A stretch of 64,000 nt of DNA, taken from positions 496,001 through 560,000 of the forward strand of contig NW_026782621.1 of NCBI RefSeq assembly GCF_031769215.1, in the 5' to 3' direction. The stretch is from Ylistrum balloti (Eukaryota). Below are positions 12,201 to 23,200 of this stretch, one piece after another. Both the position numbers and the translations under genes were made by a program. Position 1 is the first letter of the stretch, and each line of letters opens with the position of its first letter. The notes under the pieces were generated by a model. The model saw only the letters and a program-made list of their open reading frames with translations. It did not search any database and had not been told where the DNA came from.

Positions 12201-15200
12201 TGGTTAGGATGATAAATTATGTTTCATATTCATACATATTGCTTCTTTAGGTCCCGGTCTGTGGAGTTGACTTTGGACTGGTGTGTTGAGGTCATGACAG
12301 AGGCACTGCCGATATGTGGGACCTGTGATAACAATAAGACACATATGATAACTTTGGTTTGATTTAACAGTAGATATTCAAATCAGTTGATAGAAATCCA
12401 AAGTTATTGAAGAATATTTGGTCAGACAGGTCTATCATGACTGATTCAATTAACTTATGAATTTCAATTTCATTTTTCCAACAATATTTTAAATTCTGAT
12501 ATAAAGGCTACCGTTTCAAATCTCAATACACTAAATCTGCAGCAAGCGGTTTCTGTGTAGCAGTTGATGGCTACCTCAATAAACAAAATACTGAAGACCT
12601 GTTACATTTCATCAAAAGCAACTGGAATAAAGTAACATGACCAAGAATAACTGCAACAGGACAGATTTATTTGACATTTCTTGGCTAACTGAGAAACACA
12701 GAGGCTGTCACCAGATGATGAAAAGTAAAACGCTTTACTGCCAGAGCTACCACGACCCAACAAATGGTCAATCAGTTAAACTCTTACATACCATGATTCT
12801 ATGCAATTTCATGGCTGAAATAAATATCCTTCCAAGGAGGAATGAAATATATTTACAAAACAATCATCAAACCAGTGATTTTTTGTAGGATTTTTTCAGG
12901 TCAGTCCAGAACACCAATTCCAAAATTCTGATCAGTCCCCACACTTCAGACATATAGCAGTTTCTCAAAATTTTAGTGATTTCCACAACAGTAGGAGTCA
13001 TGGACTAAGATATCTGAATCCCTAAAATCACTGTCTAACCTTTGTATTCGATTTCTTCCATGATTCTTTCTTCTCCAAATCTGTGATTAAGTCTTCCTCT
13101 TTGTCATTTTCAAAATGAATGCTGAAAGGATCTAAATAAGAAAGAAATGGAATGACAGACTAAAGCTGATAGCAATTTCCTAATAATATCAATGCCATGA
13201 CCATTGAAAACTGTCTTTTGTGTTTCTTTTTTAAAACCATACCTGAACCTATCAAGTTATTTAGATCAGTTATCAATAAAAGGAAGAGTGTTCTTCCGTA
13301 ATGGATGAGTATGACTGAATACAGGTCTGTATAGGGATGATTGAGAATTTGACGCATTTGAATCAAAATGGGAGGATGACATGTTGACCTCATCCAAGAT
13401 CTAATTATATAGAGAGCGCTTGTTTAGTACACATTATGAGGGCTTCAGGGATCAATACTGAACAATAGCTAGAAATCTTCAGAAAATATCAGTACCTGAT
13501 TCTTTCATTTGGAAATGCTCTTCATCTTCATCACTCCCAATGACCTCTTCCTCCTCCTCTATATTTTTTGTTGCCATGACTTTTCCCTTCACCTCATTAA
13601 CATTATCCATCTCTTCATCTTCTTCTTCTAACTCATCATCACTGATATTATCATCTTCATTCTCATCTTTGTTATTGTCACCTACATCATCATCTTCTTC
13701 CTCACTTGATTCTGCATCATCTAATAAAATAATTGACATCTGCTTGATAAAAATGTCCTGCACCAGAAATAAACTTAACTTAATCCGACAATGTACTGAT
13801 GTACTTACTATTCTAACAAATAAGGAACTTTTGATTTTGAAAAAAAAAGGTCAATAATATTGCATCCTCCAAATTCTAGGGGTTACTATCACTTACGATC
13901 TCTGTTCCCACAGGGGGTTCCAGGTGTGAAGAGATGGTGAATGTCTACTTAATGAATGTCCCTCCGAAAGAAGAGAATAGTAATGTCCATGTAATGTTAA
14001 GCTCAAAGACATTTATGAGCATGTAATGTTTAAGCAACACTTTTTCCTTTCAAAGATGATCAGCAATTTTCTAATGGAAAGATGTCCTCAAAGTAAGACC
14101 TTAATAACATTGTTAGTCATGAAACATTTTACCTGTACCAGCACCTGAAGTCTTGATGGAGAACATAAGTTTCTGGTAGTCACTTATCTCCTCTTCACTT
14201 TCAGACGAGCTGGATTCTAGCACCTGTGGTCGAAAGATTTTACAACTAAACCATTTTATTCAAACAAACTGATTCTTATATATAAAAAGTAAATCAGGTC
14301 TATAAGTATAATATTAAACACACTATTATTAAAACACTCTCAAGATCTTAAATCATTTCATAAGAATATTTTCATATCTATTAGATAAAAGCATTCTGGA
14401 TGTCCTGCTATCATAGTGCTGAATTCCTAAACAAGAACAATCAATTTCATACCTGCTATGCATCAAAGATAAACTATATCCAAATGTAATATTGTTGAAT
14501 TATTGAATAAAAATATTTCTTTACCTAAAGTACAGGTGAAAGGTAATGTTTTGGGTTAAGCTTGTGTTTACCATCTGAACAATTTTCCTACACATGTGAG
14601 TAATTCAAACAGTCTGGCATACACTGCAGTGGACGATAATCATAGACATTAAAAAGGGCTGCAATTACAAGGAATGTGATGTACTGACACAACAGATTTA
14701 TTTCCAATAACCATAAAAAATAGAAAATAAAAAAATCAGCCCATAAATGAACATAATTCTTAGAATTTTTTCAGCAATATTTCCATAATATATGTGCATT
14801 CCTGGTTCATAATCACCATTATTTGATTCTTATGCCACAGAAATTATAGGATTAGTGTCCACAAGTATTTTTAAAATGTTGTACATTTAAATGTTCTAGG
14901 ACAACTACACCCAAAGATCACAGAATATGACTAGATAACAATATGTCTATCAATTTCATGAGAATCTTTTCCCTAATGTTTCATTCTTTTGTAAGCTACT
15001 CATCTGGGGCAGATATGTTAACATGGAATGAGGTGTATTAACATGATGATCGAAATTATAAAAGAAAACTCAAAGCTGAAAAAGCGTAACTCACAGTCAA
15101 AATAAATGCAATACATCTAAATTATGACATGTGCATCTCCATGGTAATAAAAAGAAAATGTGATCTCTGACCTAAAATTGATTTTCCTCAGTTCAACTGC

Positions 15201-16254
15201 TTGGGGTCTAATAATTTATTATAACCACTTATCATGACATTTTTTAATGTAAGTACAAAGTTTATACTTCATTTATGCTCAACTTTCTAAACGTACAGAA
15301 AAATAAGAAAATACAAACCTCCTGAGATGCCTCTCTGGTTTCACTTGGCTTTTCTGGTAGTGATCTAGTAATCAAGACAAAGTATCAATTTAAGTACAAT
15401 GTGTGATTTAATATGATGTATAATGTATACCAAAACATTATGTTTGCAGTGTTCATTCAATCTGGAACTGGAGACTGTTCCATGTATTGATAGTTTAATA
15501 ACTATCGAAGTTTTTCAAGAGACAGTGGTACAGCATTTTTATTGAATATTTTGTGAGTGTCATATTGTCCTTCTGTTACTATAAATGTTTACTGGGACTC
15601 TAAGCACTACTACTCATCCTAATGATTTTAGCATATATTACCTGTTTCACGCATTGATGTAAATTTAATGTGTTGATCAGATCCCTGTTAGTACATCAGT
15701 GTTTAGAAGTATGTATGCATCTTCGTGTATATGTGTACATATGTCAAAAACTGTTAAAAACTTCAAAGTGTATTTAGACCATAGAGAAACAATGTCATTA
15801 TAATTATGAGTGTGAAACATGTATTAACTTTGTTCATCCAATTACACGGTCACGTGTACCTTACTAATGAGGTGTCTAACACAGGAGCTTGTCGAAATGG
15901 GTTATTTAAATCTTCCTCGTCCTACTAGGACCCAGAGCCACGACCACAATCGATTGTTAATTAACTTGTGTCAACAATTCTTGATTAAGCTTTAACCTAA
16001 ACCCGTTCAGTACACATTAGATCTAGATAATTATGTCATTACACTACACTTAATAGAGGGTATTCAATATTGTCATCCCAACATGCGGAATTCAATAGGG
16101 ATAGGGAGTTGATCACCAGTTCATTCATCTGTTCGGAAATTATAATTTCCATCATAGTTCACCTCTTGCCATTTTCAGTTTTCTGTTTCTTTGCTGGCCT
16201 TTTTGTTTTTTTATGTCTTTTCTTTCCACCCCATCCATGCCGTCTTGGGCCCAT
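3261..16254 (-). CDS. UTP25: U3 snoRNA-associated protein 25 / digestive organ expansion factor, 720 aa
   Basis: 21 phase-compatible exons, 2163 nt total: 16163-16254, 15319-15364, 14133-14223, 13496-13720, 13040-13131, 12236-12322, 11902-11977, 11625-11677, 11278-11363, 10683-10745, 10223-10343, 8955-9039, 6875-7031, 6376-6472, 5838-5923, 5417-5499, 4824-4900, 4425-4496, 4139-4263, 3712-3810, 3261-3510. Hallmark motifs: [119 protein letters not shown]. Acidic N-terminal tract. Confidence 0.97.
7177..7726. repeat. Intronic minisatellite built from ~17-nt and ~27-nt units sharing the core caaagaaaggtcacac
   Basis: Directly visible array with about 22 AAAGGTCA cores. It accounts for the spurious LCDGMCDLS-repeat ORF at 7566-7772. 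Confidence 0.95.
8010..8791. mobile_element. TA-flanked non-autonomous DNA transposon (Tc1/mariner-type MITE), 782 bp
   Basis: Terminal inverted repeats begin ctgtggattcattt (14 nt exact, extending imperfectly to ~35 nt). TA dinucleotides flank both ends (8008-8009, 8792-8793). Internal 15-nt direct repeat aaatccacgaattta at 8066 and 8706. Confidence 0.85.
9113..9445. repeat. 50-bp minisatellite, ~6.5 copies, in a UTP25 intron
   Basis: Unit gtgggagattccctcaccaatactctttctttatctaagatggttcgtca recurs at 9157, 9207, 9257, 9307, 9357 and 9407, with a degenerate first copy. Confidence 0.97.
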
Positions 16255-16299
16255 GCTGGTTTGTTTTCCTATGATCGTGCAATGATATTACACACTTTC

Positions 16300-16400
16300 T
16301 CATTGGTAGCTGATGTTCAACTTAACCAATGAATTTATAGCTTTCACGACAGATTTGCAAATCGTGACGTCACTTCCACAAATCTCCGCCATCTTGGAAG
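16300..16400. promoter_or_regulatory. Housekeeping-type promoter of UTP25, possibly bidirectional
   Basis: ATTGG at 16302, CCAAT at 16326, palindromic GTGACGTCAC (CRE) at 16364-16373 overlapping an ETS-like ACTTCC, and YY1-type CCGCCATCTT at 16386-16395. All lie within 150 bp of the UTP25 ATG. Confidence 0.65.
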
Positions 16401-19400
16401 CACGTTTTGTGAAACATCTCTGATTAACGATATTTTTCAGCGAAAGTCACTTCATCAGGTCTGTATATGAAATTAAAAAACCCATTCCAAACTAATCTAT
16501 AATGCTTTAGACCGTTTTTTAATAACCTCGAGGTTTATCGAACACTTAACTTGGACTATTTTCCAATTTCGAATTGAGATACAATGCCGTTCTGCCGACG
16601 CCGGCGAAAAGAAAAAGACAATGCATTTTTCTTTGGCATTATGTGTAGCCGTGGTATTATAAATGGAATGTAGGTACTGACCGTCCTTTTGTATGTTACA
16701 TGACTGACCTCGTATCAGTGTTTTCATGAATCCTTACAGCCACCAAATGCCTTCTTCCGATGTTGCCGGATCAGGGATCGATCAGGAATTCGAATTCGCC
16801 CGAAAACGCGCGTTCGCACGCTTTATGGCGAAAAGTAGTATCCTGCTTGATGATGTTCAAGGACTTTTTGAAATCACAAACTAATCATATCTTTTCCAAG
16901 TGGCTTAATGCTAAAGGATTGCATTTTCATATGTATAAAATTTTAAACAAATTCCAATTTATTTTCAGTGGCGTGAAATCAAGACAAGAGAAGAAAAACG
17001 ATGTTTTAGAAATAGCATGCATTTGTCGTCTTCACAGAAGTCACACTTATTTTCTGATTAATGAGAAAGTAAAGATTGACTGTGAATTATGTTTTTCAGT
17101 GTAACATGTTTACTTAGTTACACAAGTCGAGTTCTCCGCCAGATCACACAAATATCTCAGTATCAATAGTAATATGTACCCGAAAGTTTGTGAGAGGTTA
17201 ATCCCAAGTTGGTCTCGTTGACTAAGACAGTATACCATTTTATGAATAATTGTCTACTTATGTATAACAAGGCTGGTCCAGAAATTCATTATTTTTTTCT
17301 TTTAATGAAGTTAAAGACTGTTATGTCTACTTTAAATATGTCAGAGCAATTTCTTTTGGTTACCAGCAAGATCCGACTGCATTTTACAAATACTAGCTAG
17401 GCTTCTCTGTCTTTGGCCTGTGTAAGTCAATCTTTCCCCACACTTCTGTACATATTTGCAGTGACCTTATACCTGAATTTTACAGCAGTCTGTGCCTATA
17501 TAAATTAGTTCAATTATTCAAACTTCTTTAAATTTGGGAAGATACTCTTGTCTTTTTCTCAGATATAAGAGATCATATATTTCAGTTTGAAGATAATTAA
17601 ACTTGGAATCATGCTAAATATGTAAATTGATCTCCCTGTTTGGTTTTGGTATGCATCAAAACACCATTATTGCTTATATCAAGATGCTGTTGTGATCTGG
17701 CAAAGAGCCATGATTGACAACAGATAAGATTAATCAATTTGGCAGAATTGTACTTTCACTTGCCAAGAATACTTTTTACCTCATATGAAAATGGGACCTA
17801 GACATCAGATTTCACTATGCTTTCATTTTTATATGCAGTGCTAATTATAACAGTCTCTGGCTTCAGTAATTATTTAAACTTTAAAAAACTGTCTTGCTTT
17901 AAGCAAATACTTGTATATTATATGTATACAGGTAATACTGATTTGAATACATTTTAAAGACCAATTGTATCCCTGATATCAGTGTAACTTGTCTTTTGCA
18001 AGTTATATTTACTATTTACTTCAAAATATTTCTAACTTCCTTCATGGTTAGTTCCCTTAGGTATGAAAATCTAGTTGAATTGAGTGATATTATTACTGTT
18101 TTGAAACATGTTTGCACCCGAACTTTAATGCCCCTTGAGTATCAACATATATTGTTGAATTGTAGTAGTTAATGTTAATTTTTGCCGTTCTGTTTACCTC
18201 CGATAAAGCTTTGATCCATTTGAATCGAAAGCCTCATCAAAGCTGTATTTATATGATTGAATATGTGAAATCCGATCACAAATCCTTTCTTCTTTCCTTG
18301 GTTTATACAAATGCTAAAGGTGTTGCAATAAAGCGTACATTTCGCCTGGACTCGTGTGACCGATAGAACCAAACAGAGGTAAGTCTTTTAAGGATGGCTT
18401 CTATTCGACAAAAGTTGACGACAGAAATCAAAAGTAATAAATAACATTTAAGTATTTGCAAGTTTCGCGCTTGTCGACAAGACCAGTTAGTAATGAGTTA
18501 AAGTAAACGTGATTTCCTTACATACAATGTACTGTCCAGGCAACCGAATCACAAAAACTACTACTACTCTGAAATATCATGCCGAAAGTTATGTATGACT
18601 ACAAATATCAGTGTCATTGTTGAACCGAAGTTCTTGTCGCAACTCTTCTCTCGTCGATGTGAAAGCCGTTTGCCGTTGTTTCACATTTGCATTAAGCTGT
18701 GTCCTCGGTGAAATACCGTTAAACATCACAGTTTTAGTTCAGGAGTACCTCCCGTTTCCAAGCAAAGTGCCACATTATTAAGACTCTACCATATTTTTTT
18801 GTTTTTCTTTATTTATGATAAATAATTGTTAGTTTTAGTGTTGAAGGTACATGTAATCATTCGTATGAAAATAATATTAAAATTGATAAGTATATTTTCA
18901 TAAGATCAAAATGTTTCGTATATCTTAAAACATATGTTGCTGTTTTCATAAAACTATATAAGAAGTGTTTTTCCTTAATATTTCTGAAGAAAACATAACT
19001 TCCTCTTATTTGATGGAATAGAATGATTGAAAAAAAAAACCAACTTGTAACCTTTGTTTAATTTCAAACTGTTCATTGTTGGTTTTTCTTTCTTTTCCAG
19101 GATGTATTGATGATGATGAATTCTGCAGTGAAATGGAGAGGAACACTTTGCAGACAGCTGGAGAACTTAATAAAACATGATATTTTATGGGACATTTAAT
19201 TTCGTTAAAGTGTCATAATTGTTTTATGAAATGAAGATTATAAACAATGAAAAGTCTTCAAAATGAAAAGCGCTTTTTGTTTCGATTCAGTATTGATAAT
19301 ACTGATTTAAAAAACAAACAAACAAACAAAATAAATGTCATATGTATTTCTAAGTGGGTTTCTTTGCCATTGAAAACAATTTAATGTTTGTAAATTCATG

Positions 19401-20292
19401 TAGCACTGCATATCTGGTTTTGCACCAATTTCTCGTAACACACGAATATTAAGCCGAATGCGTATGATTCATTGGCAATTTTTGCAAAAATGGAAAAAAA
19501 CAAAAAGATAAACTATAGAAATTTTTATCATCTGATAAAGATAACTTGTTTTTGGAACCTTACCATTCAATATAGATGAAAATACGTTGTCGATGCATTT
19601 GTGCAATGTTGTTGTTTTTGTTGCACACAACCACATGCATTACTGCATATAAACTGATGAATTATATGTAAAAAATGCACATGATTTGAACTGAAATGAA
19701 CAAGGAACTACTCAGATACTGGAAGGGTTTTTGGGAAAGTTAATTGATGCATTACAATAGGTACATAAGTGTTAATTTCTTCTAATTAGAAGAATAAGAT
19801 ACTTGAATTAAAATATTTCATGAGGAATATGTATGAGTGGTCACATATTCCATTTTGGAACAGCAATTACTGTGCACTATCCACATGCTTAGAGCATTGA
19901 TTGCTGCCAACTTTGTCCTTGCAAAAGCTATAGACCATGTCTTTGTTGGTTTGGACTGAAAGTCATATATTTCTGTCATGGCTTAAGACATATCTAATCC
20001 AGTAAAATTATAGTTGCTATTGACAACAAATGGTAAGTATTTCTCTATTTATATTCAGTTAGGGATTTATACCAGCTTTTTACATGGATAAATAAACCAA
20101 GAATGTGTTCTGTAGAACTATATTTGAAAGTATTTAGGTTTAAAGCAAAAAAATATATTGATCTTGTTGCAAATTTTAGGGGACTGAGAATTTCAGAACA
20201 TAAGTACATAAAACACTGAACAACAAGCTTATAAAATGTTTTTTACATTGTTTATATCAATGATTTCCCTTTCTTCCAGATGGGAATAAAAG

Positions 20293-23200
20293 ATGCCCCA
20301 AAAAATATTCATTGGTAACTTGAGTGGAAACACTGAGGCATTTGACATCCGTGTTCTGTTTGAGAAATACGGTTCAGTGAGTGAATGTGACGTTCTAAAG
20401 AACTATGGATTTGTAGTGAGTAAACTTGTTGATTTTACAGTTATCTTGCCTGCACATAAAGTGAAAATAAGTGTTAGAAGGAATTTCATATATTGTCCAT
20501 GCATGTTACAACTCAACTGATCAAGCAAACCAATTGAAAAGTGAAGACTTAACTGATTTGTGTTGAAGTTCCTACAAATGTATAAGAATTCAATGAAATG
20601 TGGTGCAAGAAGTTGGTTGCTATGTTTATTGGACAGTAGTAATACATTTTTTAATTGTTTTCAGCACATGGCCAACGAGCAGGAAGCTCGCATGGCAATA
20701 ACAGAACTTGATGGAACAACAGTCAAGGGAAACCGTATACGTGTGGAGGTGTGTACAACCAGATAATATACCTTTCAGAATAATGTATTCAGTATCTTGT
20801 CACTTGTTTTATTACATTTCCTGAGTTTTTATGACAACATTTACAGGGAAATCTATTTATTTTTGATATTTCTGTTTTTAAACTGTCCTTAGTGTTTTAC
20901 AGATTTTAAGGTACAAATAACATGGTCTTGATGAATTTTTTCTACTTATAAAATATCATTCATTTTACAACAGTTATCCACCGGCACATCTAAAGGAGGA
21001 CGAGGAGGATTTGGAGGTGAACGAGGACGGTAAGATTTCTTGCTTTGGATTAATAATACACACTTGACCGTTGAATTTTGTTCGATCAACACAAAAACTG
21101 ACATCACAAGTGTCATGATTGATAAACACAAAATCTTCAGTAAAATTTCATAACCAGTCAAAATAGATATACTGACCATTGTTTCAGATTTTGTTTATCT
21201 AGAAAAACTGTTTATCATCTGAAAATTTAGGTTTGTAAAAAATAGTTTGTTTCCTGATCATTTGATTAACTTGATCTACACTTAATGATTTGTAGTGGAA
21301 GAGGACGTGGTGGTGGTAGTGGTGGGCCTATGAGAGGACGAGGAGGAGGTGGTCGTGGTAGAGGATCAGACCGATACTCCAGTGACAGTCGTCCCCTACC
21401 CCCTCCAGAATATGACCCATACTACAGAAGACCAGCACCATATGATTATTATGATAGGCCCTATGCAGATCGACCACGATCAGATGATAGACGTCCCCCT
21501 CCTCCTCCAGAGGACCGTTACCTGAGGGATAGATATCACCCTTATGACAGAAGACCACCACCCCCTGACCCCTATGACAGGCCGTATGAGCGACCAAGAG
21601 CCCCACCAGCTGATCCCTACAGGAGGCCACCACCAGATTATTATAGTAGACCCAGGTAAACACAGTAACAACTTACTTGATTTTCAAGTTTGTTGGACAA
21701 TATTACGTTCATATTTCATTCGAGCCTTTCTTGTTTAAAGGGAAAAACAACTTGGACAAGGCAGAAATGAGATTTGTATTAAGGTGTAATTCATTTGAAT
21801 ATTACATGGAAACTTCATTAAATATTGTTTCATAATATGAAGTATCTATGTATATATGAGACTTTGAACTTGCATGCTGCGTTATGTATATGAATCCCAC
21901 TTGTGTGTATAGTTCTCATGCAATGTTGATGTAGCCAAGTTTCAAAGTGTTTGACCCTTATTTTATGTTGTGTTTTTGAGTTTTTCAACTTTGTTGCTTT
22001 TCACCCAAAATCTTAATAACAGACCATATAAGTGTACTATTAAGAGACTAATGTACTCCGAAAGGTAATTGATTTTTCCTGAAAACTTATTTTACATAAT
22101 ATAAATTGTGTAATTTTTAATGTCCAAGTTCAATATCCTGTGAAAAAATTTTCATGCATATTAATTTCATTTGAAATTGTGTAAAAATAAGAGTGAGTAG
22201 GGAGCAAAACATTACATCTGTACATAACATAAATATAAATGTATTACGATAATGTAAAAAACTAATGGATAAAATTATTCTTAATATATCGTCATAAATA
22301 GATATTTTTATAAGCAAAGTCAGGTACAAGACGATTTCATAGGATTTTCAATTGTCTAGACAATTTGTATCACTAATGTCTTGAAAGATGTAAGATGATT
22401 TCGTAAGATTTTCAATTGTGAGATAATAACAATTTTAAGATGAAAGTGGAAAGAAAAAGGTAAAAGATGGAATAATAGTTTGGTGTATTATCCAGAGCGT
22501 AAAAGTGGAAAGTAAATAGTTTCCATCGGATAAAGACAAAAAATATCCATCTATTGACTAGGAATGTAAATAAAGCTGTTGGATTACAATTAGATAAATT
22601 TTATTTACACTCGTTTTAAGTGTTGTCATGTCAAAAGAAATCTTGCTATTTTGACTGCACAAAATCTCATCAGTTGTCAAATTTGAAAAGATGCAAAAAT
22701 CACTCACCTTTTCAATTATGGAAGAATTTTGTTATTATTTGATTTTATACCCCGACTTAAGTGAGGAGTCTGTAACACTTTGACTTGCTCATGTGGCTGG
22801 ATTCTTGTTTCAGTAGTTTACCCGAATTATTATTTGAATTACAACATTACAGCGTGAGGTTTAGGAGAAGTTTTTTTTCACTAAAACAATAATTAATTCT
22901 CTATTTTTATTGTGACTAGCTTTACCTTATTGTAAGAATACATGATCATTGAGACAATTTGTTAGAAATAGTTTCCACATGTTCATGTGTAATTCACCTT
23001 TCTCTTCGATAAACTGGTGCCATAGTGAATTTGTGAATTATCATTTCAAGTTACTCTGAAATCTTTTGCATGAGGATGGATGAAAAATCTAAGATCGCCT
23101 CAATTTTAGTGTGAAAATATTTCACTGGATCGGTTGCTAGGCTTCCATAATATGCATACAGAATCAAATGTAATACAGGGTATTTTATTCTGAACAGCAT

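Noticed and set aside
13540-13857. Ser-rich 105-aa ORF on the + strand
   Set aside because: It is the antisense shadow of the acidic UTP25 exon.
18175-18372. Minus-strand ORF with AKCTLYCNTFSI, faintly like a BED zinc finger
   Set aside because: Cys/His spacing is incomplete, and no transposase or TIRs were seen nearby.
19101-19190. Possible C/D-box snoRNA (RTGATGA motif)
   Set aside because: No downstream CTGA D box or terminal stem at a suitable distance. Other TGATGA sites I checked (e.g. ~5593) also failed.
21328-21738. Several overlapping alternative-frame and antisense ORFs (also at 26460-26808)
   Set aside because: They are by-products of GC-rich low-complexity RBM4-like exons.
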